From the NCBI RefSeq assembly GCF_037042905.1, contig NC_087251.1:18972001-19036000 (forward strand): a stretch of 64,000 nucleotides of DNA. Reading direction: 5' to 3'. Shown piece by piece: positions 49,923 through 64,000 of this stretch (position 1 is its first letter; each line of letters begins with the position of its first letter). A program made the position numbers and the translations under genes. This DNA is from Lytechinus pictus (lineage: Eukaryota). A model generated the notes under the pieces. The model searched no databases, was not told where the DNA came from, and was given only the letters and a program-made list of their open reading frames with translations.

Positions 49923-50961
49923 AGTGTGCGCCACAACCTATGAAGATGAATATACCTGTATTGGCGAATAGGGAGGGTGGGGTGGTCCCGGGGAGCAAAT
50001 ATTATATGATTTATATTTTTTAGTGATAACTTTTTTTTCCTTTTCCTTTTTTTAATTTTTGGTTGCTATTTTTTTCGGTGACAATGAAGTCCCTATTGGC
50101 AAGGGAGCCTTTCCCCAAAGAAGAAATTAAAAAGAAATGGACCAATTTGCTTGGCCCTTTCATGGAAACCCACAATTATGAAATCGTTCATTGGCTGTTG
50201 GATCGTGTGAAAACTAACGTGTTAAACACAACACCGGTCTGTATAGTGAGAAAACCACACCCTCAGGTGTTAAAAATAACATGGAGTTTAAATATAACAC
50301 CAAAATAGTGTTGAAATAACACCAGAATATGTGATTGGGTGTTGAACTACATGTACACTGGTGTAAAATGCTCGTTTAGGTAGTGTGTTGATTTAACACC
50401 ACTATTTTGGTGCAGTGTTGCTAGAGAGGATAAGGTGACGACGGAGAATGGGAAGGGTGCAGTGCAGCAAAATATAGCCTAGACAAAACACAGAGAGACA
50501 GAGACAAGCAGACAGATTTATATAAAAGAGATTATCATTAAGACAATAATCTATTTCATATCTCCGCGATTCGCATCATTAAAAGAACAATCCTCGTGGG
50601 TCTATGTTTGTATGCTGATGACATACAATAATAAATGGTCTTTATAATCATAAGTCATCCTTTCATAGTGGGTCTCGATTCATTTCTATGAGAGTAAGAT
50701 CAGTCATCAATCTTTATGCTTGTTAAAGAAAAAAAAGAAAGCATTTCTTAAAATAGTCTTAAACCTTAGATCCCATTCTGAGTTAGACTCAAGATTGTTT
50801 GGCCACGGAATGTGTCCGCCAAAAGTGTGTCCCATTTTCTGATATTAAAACGAACATGTTCTTCATGAACCAAACTGCTCCTCATTTTGTTTGATTGTTC
50901 TGGAATTTAATTCGAGAAAACTCAAGTGTATACAAATATTAAATCATCTGTTAAATTGTTA

Positions 50962-51000
<39 letters not shown>

Positions 51001-52295
51001 TTTATATACCCATCATATTTGTATAATAAAGAAAATGATTTAAATGTTGATGTGACTTAACTGAAATCAAAATGCATCGAGACACTGAACTTTATCATGA
51101 GAATCTTTTTTCTAATAGTATAGCTGTATTTTCTCAAATATACGTATTTGATTTATTATCAAGCAATAAATACTATCCATCGAGAGAATTAAATCTATAC
51201 TTAATGTCTCTCTTTTTCAAAGGGGTATTTTCTTTCTTTAACAAGAGGACACGGTCGGGTGTGTTATATGGCGGACGCCTTTTGGCGTGTTTGAACACTA
51301 AATCAAACGGCATACCAACAGCCAATGTCATGCTATATACGTACTCTAGGTAGAGGGGACTCCATCAGTTACAGTCAGTTTTAATTGACACGACTCTTTT
51401 TAGATACCATGATGTGACCGAGGAGAGAGACATTGTGACGTCAGCACTTTGATATGAGCAGCTGTTATCACGAGTTATCCTCTCTTCCGAGAGAACAAGA
51501 CCAACTTAAAGGGGTTAATGCATGAGTTGTGACACGGATAAAAATATATTTTTATTGAGAGAAAAAGAAACGTCTTAAAACGTATACGGACTATGGGTAT
51601 GTTCATTATGTACAGGAATATGTAAATGGGTGTAATATCTCTTGGTGTATATACTATTCGACAGTTTCAAATAAACTCGAGCGAGTTAAATACGCCTTAC
51701 AAAATGAAAGACCTCAACCAAAATCGGCACTTTATAAGAGGTGCATTTGTTGGAGAGCTGTCACCGTTTGAAAAAAAAATATACTGAAAAAATCAAAATA
51801 ACACTTTAGAAAAATGAAAATTGAAAGTTTATACTTTGCAGCATATTTTTGTCAAAGCTTCTTTTTTTTCAACGTATAGTATAATGATAACGTAAAATGA
51901 CAAATGGGTGTTGCTTCTTTGCCATTTCCAGGTCCAAACAATATTGTTAAACCATATATGAAGAACCCGTACATATTTTGGTACTATAGATTCTAATGAC
52001 ATTTACAAAAACCCAGGAAGGAAATCAAAATCATATATACTGCAGTGTTGAATATATATTTCATTATATTTACTATATATTTAATTATATTTACTTAATA
52101 ATATGCCGTGCTATATAGAGGAAAGTGCACTTTTCATTATGTTTCAAAATCTAGAAAAGCAGTTGTTCAAGGTGAGATTTTATCAAGACTTGAACAAAAG
52201 GTAGAAAAATAAACTGGGTCAACTCTTTCATTAATTATTTTATGCATCATGGTTACCATGACTTTTTTCCACACATACTTTGAGCTTTGAGTATC

Positions 52296-52879
52296 CATGG
52301 GCGGAAATCCCAGGGGGACGCGTCCCCCTTACCCAAAATAGTAGGGCGGACACAATATCAAATGTCCCCCTACTATTTTTGGTCTTTTATGATGGAAAGA
52401 AATACATCATTCAAAATCGAGCTAAAACATGTATTTTGGACGAGATGACCTTACTTTTTGGGTGATAATTTTTTTTTTGCTTGTCCAATTTATTTTGGTC
52501 GAAATGACCTGATATTTGGGGTGATAAGTGATACACTTATTCTCTTCAAGAATTCGTCCAACAAACAGTCTTTAAAATATTCCTTTTACAGAGGCAAATA
52601 TCATAACTTTTCATCTCTAGCTACAGATTTGCATTTTGATACATTACTCTTGATTAATTCATGGGCGGAAATCCCAGGGGGACAGGTACCCGAAATAGTA
52701 GGGGGGACACAATATCAAATGTCCCCCTACTATTTTTGGTCTTTTATCATTCAAAATCTAAATAAAACAAGTATTTTGGTCGAAATGACCTGACATTTGG
52801 GGTGATAACCTTTTTTTTTTGCTTGTCAAATTTTCCAGCCCCTGGTCCCCCTTCCTTTGGGGAGAGATTTCCGCCCTTG
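52296..52879. mobile_element. Chimeric hAT-like MITE, termini CATGGGCGGAAAT / ATTTCCGCCCTTG, 8-bp TSD TGAGTATC
   Basis: TGAGTATC at 52288-52295 and 52880-52887; a second internal 5' end at ~52660. Confidence 0.85.
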
Positions 52880-53859
52880 TGAGTATCAATTCTTTCTGAA
52901 TCATTGATAATGTAATTATGTCAAAGCTATCAAATTTTCACAGTCCCTGATATAGATCAACCCCCCAAAAATTGTTTTAAATAAATTGTATAACTTTGTT
53001 ATTATGAATAGTCAAACTGTATTCTATAGAAGACCATTGGAAGAAAAGTCTTGGAAGAGGAAGTATATGACAGTGTATACACCCTATTTCAATTTCACTC
53101 ATCGCGTGTGCTGCTGGAAAGTCGTGTAAATAAATAGTCATATCCGAAAAGGGAACATATTTTAGGATACACGTCTATGACAGTAAAGAGGTGTGTATGG
53201 GAATTGGTTTTGTATAATTTCCACTATAAATGTATAATTTTATTGGAACTTTCAAGCAACGAAATCTAAAAAAAAATATCACGCACACAAGTCATAAATA
53301 CACGATGACTATTTTCGTTGAATTCAATGAAAGGCACAATTCCTGGTCAGTTCTGAAGAAATAAATCATATAATATTTTCGACATCGCCCACATATTCAA
53401 TTGCCCGCTTTAAATACACCTGCGAATCTATAGTAGATAGTAACATAGTGCAGTCAATTTACACCTTCCCCGTATACTTCCATCCTTTGCTTGCTTAATT
53501 GATTTATTCTTTGACCCCCATCCCTTCCTCGGTATTTAATATTCTTCCACTTGATCACGACGCATTTTAGGTAACTCTACTTCAATAGATGGAATACAAT
53601 GGGGGAGTGTATTGCCTGGTTCACTCCTAGCAGGCACTATACCGTGTGCTTACGTCAGAATGGTAACTTAAAACCAGAGTGTCCGTCCTTTCGTTTATAC
53701 AGTACGTTGCTGACTGACTATCCAGGCACCACCAAAATAAGAGATTGGAGTGACAACCTCACCCCCTTCTATCACACTGCCCTTTCTCTCTCTCTTTATC
53801 TTTCTCGCGACCCCCACCACACCATTTCACACTTCTGTTACTCCTTCCATGTGTCTGTT

Positions 53860-53975
53860 TCTATGTATGTATGTATGTAGGTGTATGTATATGTATGTAT
53901 GTATGTATGTATATATTCGTATCTGTCTGTGATGTGGGTGTGTCTCCGTCTCTCTCTCTCTCTCTCTCTCTATCT
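53860..53975. repeat. (ATGT)n and (TC)n microsatellites
   Basis: Directly visible simple repeats. Confidence 0.85.
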
Positions 53976-54007
53976 CAGTCTAATCTTGCCAGCTACCCAA
54001 TACTCTA

Positions 54008-55040
54008 CACTCTACAAACTGGGGTGTTCAAATTGACACCAGTGTGTCCCTTGAGGACTACACCATGACAAAAATACACCCTAGAGATTGAACACCATGA
54101 TTAAGAGCATTAAAAATGTGATGTATAATGACACTCATATAGGTTTTTTTACTAACACTGAGAGTTTTACACAGGAGTAAAATGCCTGGTTTAGTTCTCT
54201 ATAACACCAATCACAATCACAATTTTGCGGTGTACCTTTCTCCTCCACCACCCATCACCGTTCACCAGTCGCCATCTCTCCTCTGTTTACCTCATCTCTC
54301 TCTCTCTCTCACTCAGTCTCCTCAACATCTCGCCTTTTCTCTACCATGGCCTTTGCTCGTCCCTCTCTACTTTGTAAAAACATAATTATTAGGTCTACAT
54401 GCACCCCAACTCATGGTGGTAACATAATTATTCTTCCACCTACACTGTAAAAAAATATTTGGTAAAATTCTGACCAGCACGAGGGTAATTATATATATAT
54501 GTGTCCAACCGATTTGGGGCAGTATTTTACCCAATGTGGGAAACATATTGTCCAGTAAGGTTAAAAATAAGCAGAAATTACCCTGGATAAATAAAAATGA
54601 CCAAAAGAAATGCCCAATGTTGGTTGAACGCATAATTACCCTCATAGAGCATTTTTACTCAATATTATTTAGAATGTATCGTGCTATATATATTTACCCC
54701 TTTCCTAACCTCTGTGTTTCTCTGTTTTACTGTCTCTGTCCGTCTGTCTTCCATGTTTCTCTTTATACCACCCCCTTCTCTGTCTCTACCCATCTCTCTC
54801 TAGCTCATTCTTTATATTTTTACACTTTAAAAACCGAGAGTAAAAAAATACCCAATATTGGGTAGAAAGGAAACATATATATTTGCTGGGTAATTTTTCC
54901 CCCGAATATTGGGCAAAATGCATGTTTGAAGGGTAAATTCCAACGAAACATTGCGTAAAATTAAAATTTTGTATCTTTTTACCAAACAAATATACATGTT
55001 CCCATTTTACCCAATATTGGGTAAACTTTTTTTTAGAGTG
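54008..55040. mobile_element. Cluster of three TA-flanked CACT..(A/G)RTG MITEs (54008-54232, 54443-54676, 54823-55040) in TC-rich DNA
   Basis: Each begins TA|CACT and ends ..TG|TA; the third has TACCCAATATTGGGTA repeats near both ends. Confidence 0.6.
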
Positions 55041-58000
55041 TATGATTTCAATTATTATTTCCCCCTATGTCTTTTCCTAGGACATTTACTCTAGTGAGGG
55101 GGTATTTGGGAAACTACATTAATTTGCTACTCGAATATTTCATCAAAGTCAAGATTAACTATAGAATTAAAACAAAATGGTGAAAGCGTTTTATATGAAT
55201 CACACGGCAAGAAACTTCATGCTAATTCTTGTGTAAAATTGAAATGTATTTAATACTGCAGCCCTGATATAAAAAGGTCTTTGCCTTTCTTGTATACTGG
55301 CCAAAATCACACCATGTAGCAAGTCTAAATTTAGATCACGAAACAAGCTTTGCACCTCAAACTGAGCTCCTTGATGAAATTGAAATTGGCGTGAGGTATG
55401 TAGGCCGTGTGAGCAATGTATTTAGAGACAGCGGGTTATAGATATGTATCTTCGAGAAATCCGATAAAGAGAATAATGTTTATATTTTAAAGAGAAATCT
55501 AAGGTGAAGTCAAGTTGATTTTTAAATGTCAAAAATGAAACGAAGGAATATAAACGATGAAGGTTTGGCAAAAGGGCCTCAACGAATAACGAATTATGGT
55601 ATTTTTCCATGAAACTTATAAATTTACGCTTTTATTATGTTTATGGATTTTATGAATGACGGAATGAGTATATATTCTTTTTTCAGAGAAGCATGAATGC
55701 AATATTCGTAAGGTCATTATTTCATTTCTTATTTTCAAAGACTTTTTTTTTTCATACATGACATTCTTCATGCTATGAACATGATGAAAGAAAATATCGC
55801 ATAATGAGGATACAACAGAATTTGGAAAAATATTTGTTTGAAATTAATGTCTCTAACATTTCTTTGGTGGATTTTTGTCAAACTATCATTAGTCTGTTAA
55901 AAAAAACCAACATTTTTATCTGCTATTATCAAAACAAAACGGATGTCATGGTGAACTCCCCTCTTAAAAGTAATGCAGTTTCGGGGTTATTACCTATGAT
56001 ATCTTCTACATAATATATCGCAATTCAGCCTAGATGATTTATTTATTTAGTTTTTTTTTTTTTGGGGGGGGGGATTTCAGACTTTAGAAAAATAAGAAAA
56101 ATATAACAGCTGACATTCTTTACTTGACTATTAGGACGGCAACATCAATATTACATTAATTTTATTTGTAATGTTTGTACATGCATGCTTTGATAAAATT
56201 GATATAGAATTTATATTATTTTTCTGTCTAATAAAAAATGCAGTGCTTATAAAGATAATACAAACAGGTTAAGAAACCAAACAAAAACGAAAGAGACGCA
56301 TCCCTTTCAAAAAGTAAATAAATAAATTGACCGGACCAGATCTCAAAATATGCTTTGCATTTAAGGATGTCGCTCTTGATTTTTTAAAATATTGTCTATC
56401 AATTGCTAGGGTAAATCCGGTACACACTATAGGCCTAAACACCATGTTCATGCATCCTCTGAATTATTTTTCATATCAGCAGTAAAATCATTCATGATTA
56501 TGAAATAAAGATGTTAACATAACATCGGTTTGCATGCACACGAAATACAAATGGAAGTGCATCCGTTCTAAGTATATGTTATCATAAGCGTCATATAATA
56601 TCAAGTTTACAAATATCTCGAGTATTTCCGATCAGATTACAACCTTTCGATTTCCGACTCTGTAAGATACGAGCACGGAGGAAATCAAAACAACAGACTG
56701 TCAAAGTTTCGAAAATTATTTTTTGTGTACAAGACCAGGTACCGGAATAAGAATTATTTTTAGTTAACTAAAAATAACCCCATCGTCTATGATATGCCCT
56801 ATCTCGTGTCTTGTCGAGGACACGGACAGACGGTCATGATTAAGAAGACAGCTCGGTTAAAATGGCGGGCTAAATAAGGAGAAGGTGCGCTATCCCTTGG
56901 GAGAGATGTTTTTGCGGGGATTACACGGAGTACTTACTTCTGGACGAAAGCGTGCGGAATGCAAGACGTTAAGTTCTAGTGCGTTATTGCATCTCTCCAT
57001 TTCTAACTCCATATCTTTTACTACTTGGTGTTTATGTGTGTCATGCATGAAGTGGTGTGCGTGTAATTCTTGCTTCCCCCACTCTCTCTCTCCCTCATCA
57101 TTCTCGTCCCTTCTCTCACATGTATCTTTAGGTTTTACTCTCTATCCTATACGACCTTAGTTTTAATAATAATCTCTGTGTAAGCATTTTCTTATAAAAT
57201 AACTTCGCACCGCCCCCTAAAAATGGCCCATCAAAATAATCATGCAAACATACAACAGACCAAAAGAAATCACCAAAATGCATTAAGATAATAATTACAA
57301 ATTAAGAAATACTCTTAAGTCTTATGATGACTTTTGGAGAGTGACAATGTTTGCCTTTAAAGCATGATTATTCTTGTATGACTCGGAGAATAGAATCGAT
57401 TTTTGCGCAGACTGAAGTCAGTTTTACATGTTATAGGAACACCCCTACTGCCTTATTTTGCTCCACAGTGTTAAAAAGTAATGTCATGTTAGGGGGGCTT
57501 ATAAGGGGAACTTGTTAAATGATTTTGATAAGGTAATGAAGCAACTTGCGGTTGCATCTTTAAAACAAATAGAATACTAAAACGGTATATTTCCACAATT
57601 CTTTTCATGTAAATAATTCTAGAACCTGCATGTTATTCAGGTATGTCAAATAATTTACAAAATTATATTTTTATCAAATGATAACTTGACTAAATTTGTC
57701 TTTTTTAATCGTAATCGAAAAAAATCAACAATCCTGTTTTAACTTGGGTTCTAAAAGCATTTTTTCCATCGATTTTCTTAAGAAATCTTATATTATTCCT
57801 CTGTAATTTCCTGTATCACAATAAAAAAGATGAAAAAGTGGGATAGATATACTTTAAAAAACGCTTATTAATGTACATTGAATTAGGGCGTTTAGAATGA
57901 TGCCAACTTTGTTGTTCGTGTATTTAATTTTTGACGTTCAACAGAAATGTTGGCTGTGATTTGAAAGAAAAAGGAATTTATGATGACATATTGCTTAACA

Positions 58001-58744
58001 ATCTCTTCAATATAAGACTTCAAATCGATTGTTCAAATCGTTGATGCAGTCACACGTTGTATATACAGAAGTGTTTCTTCAAAACTCTTAATAAATGATT
58101 ATCAGTTATTTGTCATATTCTTTTCTTTCTATGATCACTGAATTTATAAACCTTGATGATTTGTCTTTGAAGGATTTCAAATATATTGCTGGATAGCTTT
58201 CAACGATGTGAACATGAAAGCTGTAAAGTGGTGTGTTTGACATGAACTTAGAATCTGTGCATATAAGCCCTCTGTTCATGTATAGGTTGAATGATCGGGG
58301 TAAACACGAACATTCCCCAAGGCATCCCTTGCCATGCCCTTGCCCGACACCGATATTAATTTAGCAGCAGACAGAAAATAATCAGTCCGCCTGTGCTGTG
58401 TATACGGTATACACAGTGGTAGAGTTGTTTCCTTAAATGCAATATCTGACTGTATGGAGGTGGGTGGGAGGATAGAAAGGGAACATGATGGCCATGAGAG
58501 AGAAAGAACGCGGGAGGGTGGGAGGGGGTAGAGGGATGAGGGAGGGAGAAAGGGGGAGGGTGGGGGGAGAGGGGTAGAAATGAGAAGTGGAAGGGGGAGC
58601 AGGGTCCGGCTAAACAAAAATCGTGAGGTCTATGATTTTAGATAAAAACAATCGAACCATTATGATACAGAGTGGATGGGTCATTATCAATATTTCAATC
58701 TAATTTTTAATGGCTCTTTACTATTCTTTCATCATGTCCAGCTA

Positions 58745-59010
58745 CACTCTAAATTATAGGGATTTGTAAAAAAAAAAATAATAAACCCATTAGAGCTGAA
58801 TAGTGACTAGTCGATGTTAGGATTGAAAATTAATCCTTAAAGAGTTTAGGATTAAAAATTAATCCTTAAAGATGTTGATAAATTTGGATTAAGAATCAAT
58901 CTTTAAGAATTTCATTTAAATCTTTAAGGATTAATACTAAATCCTAATATCGACTGATCACTATTCACAGCCGTAATGGGTTTATTTTAAATCCCTGTCA
59001 TTTTAGAGTG
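58745..59010. mobile_element. Palindromic CACT MITE, TA TSD
   Basis: TA|CACTCTAAATTATAGGGATTT ... AAATCCCTGTCATTTTAGAGTG|TA; inverted similarity extends through most of the element. Confidence 0.8.
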
Positions 59011-59412
59011 TACATACAGCTACCATTCTCCCTTGCATGCCTCCGCCAAGCATCGGTCTCTCATTATTATTATTTTTTATATTGATCAATGCCCTGTGGA
59101 CATGTAATCCAATATCTTCACATATTTTTTTTTTGTACAATGACTGTGCCTATTCATGTTCAAAGTGACGAGTCACTTTCTCTAGTCTATATGTTGTGGA
59201 TCAACCGGAAAGAGTGTTCGAATTCAGGACAAATCTGAAATAAAATAACCAAAGGCATTGGCCAAGAAAATTATTAAATTACAAAAGAGGATGTGACGCA
59301 AATTAGAAAAGGGAAAGTACCCGAACAGTTCTTTTCGTTCGTCATACCAGCGTGTAATTACTAGTTTTATCGTCCGGCCCGTTCTCCTAAGATTTATAAA
59401 CTAATATACAAG

Positions 59413-59797
59413 CACTAGCGTACCTACGGGGGGGGGGGGGGCAGAGGGGGCAGTCTGCCCCCCCCTGACGAGCCACAACCCATGCAAAGGACGTATCTCT
59501 GCCCCCCCTGACGAGCTTGAAAGACCTTTTTTGCCCCCCTGACGAGCTTGAAGACCTTCATTTGAGATTGAAGACCTTTTTTCTTTCTTTTTTCTTTTTT
59601 TGCTTGTCAATTTTTTTTCTGGTACGAAATCCTTCATTTGAGATTGAAGACCTTTTTTTTTTTTTGCTTGTCAAATTTTTTTCTGGTACGAAAGAAATCC
59701 TTCATTTGTGATTGAAGACCTTTTTTTTTGCTTGTCAAATTTTTTGGCGGACGGTTTTGCCCCCCCCCCCCTGTGGAAAATCCTAGGTACGCCACTG
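59413..59797. mobile_element. hAT-like MITE, 8-bp TSD TATACAAG
   Basis: CACTAGCGTACCTA ... TAGGTACGCCACTG; TATACAAG at 59405-59412 and 59798-59805; internal GATTGAAGACCTTTT...GCTTGTCAA tandem units. Confidence 0.9.
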
Positions 59798-59863
59798 TAT
59801 ACAAGATACATAAATAAACGAAGAGTTGGAAGCGGTATGCGGTATACTTTTTCTTAACAACAT

Positions 59864-60727
59864 CACTTGGCGTAACTAGGAGGGGAGGGGGCAAGGGGGC
59901 ACCTGCCCCGGCGTCACTTTCAGGGGGCGCAAAAAAGGGAAAGGGTGCGCAAGTAAAGAATATGAAGGTAAAACATGAAGAGAAAAGGCAAAGGAATAAA
60001 GACGCAGAATATGAATACAACTGAAGGTAATTAATACCCCGTCCTATGTTTTACCATGGTAATGCAGTTTCCAACACATTAAGAAAATGAATCTTGCGTG
60101 TTGTTACCCAGGGATGAATAATCGTGTCAGCTTTTGATCAGTGATACACAAGAATTCGTCCAACAAACAGTCCTTAAAATGTTCCTTTTACAAAGGCAAA
60201 TATCATTACTTTACATCTCTAGCTACATATTTGTATTTTGATACATTATTCTTCATTAATTCTTTTCATTAATTCATGGGCGGAAATCCCAGCGGGGGAC
60301 AGGTACCCAAAATAGTAGGGGGGACACAATATCAAATGTCCCCCTACTATTTTTGGTCTTTTATGATGGAAAGAAATACATCATTCAAAATCTAAATAAA
60401 ACAAGCATTTTGGACGAGATTACCTTACTTTTGGGGTGATAACTTTTTTTCTTTTTTTTTGTTTTGCTTGTCAAATTTTCCAGCCCCTGGTCCTTTTGGG
60501 AGAAATTTCCGCCCTTGCATTAATTAGTTCTGAAATAAATATTTTTTCTGGTTTAATTGTCAAAGCTTTTCATCATGCGCTGATTTGATAAGGATTTTTG
60601 ATATCTTTTTATATAAACAATCATTAAAATGTCACGTTTTTGGTGAGGATGTACATGTATATATACAATGAATGCGGTGCAATTTTAGCACTTGCCCCGG
60701 GCGCCGTTTGTCCTAGATACGCCACTG
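59864..60727. mobile_element. hAT-like element hosting a nested MITE (60275-60517, TSD CATTAATT)
   Basis: CACTTGGCGTAACTAGG ... CCTAGATACGCCACTG, flanks AACAACAT/ATCAACAT; inner CATGGGCGGAAAT...ATTTCCGCCCTTG with CATTAATT at 60267-60274 and 60518-60525. Confidence 0.85.
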
Positions 60728-62912
60728 ATCAACATTATGCAGAAATCCAGGTGTATGGTCATAACAGAATGCAGAATGATGTCCCTTCGAAAGGTAAAAG
60801 AAATCCTATTATTTTAGAGGTACCAACAGTGATGTCATTCACTTAATAAAGTCAAATTAGCTAGATTTATTGAAACAAAATTCGATGAAAAAAATATCAA
60901 TTAACAGCAACTGTTAAAAAAAACACCTTTGGGGAATTTTCTTGGTGACCACCAGCCCCCAACATCCCTTCTAATTCGCTCGTGGGCATGGAGTATCCGA
61001 ATTAAAAAAATATGAAATTGAATAAAAGGATATCTTTAAATTATGCAAGAATATTTCTTTTTTGTCCCTTCTAACCGAGGGTAATGATAGAAGTGAGTTC
61101 GGAAAAAAATGGAGGGGGAATAGAAAGAAAAAATAAAGAAAAATAGAGATTATATATAAAGAAAGAAAGAAAGAAAGAAAGAGCGATAGAGGAGTGGGGT
61201 TGGGATGTTTCTCTTCATAATGTTGGTCTGAGCACTAATCATAAGAATACCAGCTATCCAACAGATAAGGTCGATCGTAGATCTATAATTGGTCGACTCA
61301 TATACCACGGCTGGTCAAGTCCATTGGGTCAATGGCAGGTCAAAGTTATTGATTAATACTGCTTTGGAATCTTTACTTAGAAAATAACATTACCCTTAAA
61401 AGTATTTCTGCCCATTTTAAGAACAGGCACGAATATAGGGTATACTTTTCAGATGCTGAAAATTAAAAATGATGAGTTTAAATGCTGTTATTCCGTCTTT
61501 GTACCAATAGGTCGAGATAAAAATATAAATCAATGAAGTGTAATTCTTTGTGGTAAAAGGAACTTTCTCATAAGCATAATTACATGTTTTCAAAAACTTT
61601 ACTCGAGCCCCTGCGACTTCCACTCATCTTAAAATGTCATCATAATCAAGTGTAACTAAATACAGCGCGTAAGTACGAATTTGACATGTCCTTCGTAACG
61701 TTAATAACTTGCTTATAAGCCCTATGTTACCTCAAAGCTTAATGAACCCAACCATTCATCGAGGTGAATATGAAGAGAGAATAGGCAGTGATATTAATTA
61801 GCAATCTGTAATTAGATACCACACTATTCATCATCTTTGATTAAGATACAATGGTGCACGGCCGCCCCTTTCTTTTCCCCGTCGTGTTACCCCTAATATC
61901 TCATCGAAGTAAAAAAAAACATGACACGCCTAGTTACCAGTATCTGTATTATCTTGTATTTTCTGAGAAAGAGGTGAAAGAACGACAGAGAAAGAGATGG
62001 GGGAGGGAGGAGAGAGAGGCAGAGGCAGGGAGAGGTACAAGGGTCAAACGAAGGGAGAAGGGGAAATCATAGAGTATGATGAGGGGGGTATTGTTTATAC
62101 GGGGTCCATGCGAGGACTTTTTATGACGTCTATCAAGCCTGCAATGCCGTCAATAGCTGCTTCAATGGTATGACAGGAATGCCGGTTCGCCCGCCATCCT
62201 AGGGTGTGTTCACATCTTGGTATGATAGCGTGTCGACTTAACCCATATAAACTGGTAAAGGTACGTCCAAGTGTGAACATAACACCAGCTGTTGCCTTAC
62301 TGTTTGGCACTTTCACTTTCGGCCTAACCATTATTTTGTTCACTATATATACTTTAGCAGCTCCCAACAACATTTTGAGATAATAATCTTGGGCTTGGGA
62401 TGCTCGAGGAATTCAGCTCTCGGAGGGGGGGGGGGGGCAATAGATGTCATTATTGTAATTATCTATAGAGTCATTAATCGATGTAATAACTCTGATCACT
62501 GTATATTGCACATTCTTTTCTCATCTGCAAATGCAAGATGTCAGTGCAGAATTCACAAATCTATTTCAAAAGGGCACTGCTCCTTTGCTATGATTATATC
62601 ACGTTGAAATCGAGTAAACGAATTTTCATGTTAGGAATATTATTTAACCAAAGTAAATTATTTGAATTACCGGACTTGGTAGATTTACAAGGGAGCTCGA
62701 TGCAATGTTTATATGACGTATGTATGGACAAATGGATTATTATGGTATATTTTATTGTAAAATAGAGATCTTCACTATGACACCAAACTTTCAGGACATA
62801 TTGCAAAGTTAATTTCAGTTTAGCTTTTTGGAGCTGCAAGAGGAATTATCTCATCAAGTATCAAGTATACGTTAAGATTATCACCAATGTCATTCTCGGG
62901 TATCTTTTCTTC

Positions 62913-63263
62913 NNNNNNNNNNNNNNNNNNNNNNNNNNNNNNNNNNNNNNNNNNNNNNNNNNNNNNNNNNNNNNNNNNNNNNNNNNNNNNNNNNNNNNNN
63001 NNNNNNNNNNNNNNNNNNNNNNNNNNNNNNNNNNNNNNNNNNNNNNNNNNNNNNNNNNNNNNNNNNNNNNNNNNNNNNNNNNNNNNNNNNNNNNNNNNNN
63101 NNNNNNNNNNNNNNNNNNNNNNNNNNNNNNNNNNNNNNNNNNNNNNNNNNNNNNNNNNNNNNNNNNNNNNNNNNNNNNNNNNNNNNNNNNNNNNNNNNNN
63201 NNNNNNNNNNNNNNNNNNNNNNNNNNNNNNNNNNNNNNNNNNNNNNNNNNNNNNNNNNNNNNN
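62913..63263. other. Assembly gap (351 N)
   Basis: Run of N. Confidence 0.99.
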
Positions 63264-64000
63264 CCTGTTATTGACACTGTTATGTTTATGATGATACTAT
63301 TATTACTTAGAGATAGAAAGACAAATCGAAATATTGTCATGATCGTGGCAGAAAAAGTTGAACAGCGATGTTTTAAATATCAGTATAAAATATTACATTC
63401 ATTTATGAAGATATAGTCTATCAAAGGTTAATAAAAATAAATACTAACTTTTTATGAGTGGGCATTATATTGGTGTGATTCAACAACGTACAACTGTAAC
63501 ATATTCTAGCATATAGTTACCACTACCACTACCACTACTTCTATTCAATAAATGGCAAGGACTTTGTAGTTGAAGATTATAAAAGAGAGTCAATTAAAGG
63601 TTAATACTATAGACGACCGTATTGGAATGGGGTCGATTGTTAAACCTCACAGCAGGATTTCATGATGTGATGACCAACAAAGAAAATAAAAGTAATATTT
63701 AAACCCTTTGGTGACCGAATGGCTTGTCAAAAGACTTTATAATCAAACCATTTCAGATTAAACGATGCGTCTTAATCTAATTATAATAAAAAGTTTATGC
63801 TATCCTGATTTGCTCATACAAGACATGGATTAAAATGTACCATTGCATGGCGCCTCATCGTCATGAGATGATGATAACGTGGGTTTATGCGATGTTAATT
63901 TATAAAATGTCGTCAAAACATTATTTCGAATCGGAGATATTGTTGAGAAAGTGGTGTGTTTGTTGGACTCAAACTACAGTGGGTTCTATGGTTCGAATCT

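Noticed and set aside
46359-64000. Numerous 60-130 aa ORFs as candidate downstream exons of the 45395 gene
   Set aside because: Low-complexity or TE-derived, with no recognisable domains or convincing phase-1 acceptor/donor pairs; a small exon could still have been missed.

Overview
AT-rich, intron-rich animal genomic DNA; no prokaryotic or CRISPR features. The repeat families and gene structures suggest an echinoderm, probably a sea urchin (inference). There are two assembly gaps (13304-13663 and 62913-63263). Four protein-coding loci were reconstructed by hand from splice sites and reading frame. (1) The last 8 coding exons of POLE2 (+, to 5199). (2) A complete 12-exon amnionless gene (-, 9604-23251, 499 aa). 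(3) A complete 6-exon LRP11-like MANSC/LDLa receptor (+, 30118-38826, ~920 aa) with a very large charged stalk exon. (4) The first coding exon of an unidentified membrane-anchored protein (+, 45395-46358), followed by a >17 kb intron. Non-coding DNA is dense with non-autonomous DNA transposons, many with exact TSDs, plus a tRNA-derived SINE and LINE 3' fragments. The most striking structures are a 2.3 kb foldback/Mutator-like element (9-bp TSD, near-perfect long inverted arms) 257 bp upstream of the AMN start codon, a three-level nest of MITEs in AMN intron 2, an RKKR furin-like site formed across an AMN exon junction, a probable AT-AC minor-intron acceptor in POLE2, and an apparent CpG-depletion boundary near 43 kb. 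I did not find evidence for a wholly new multi-gene system.
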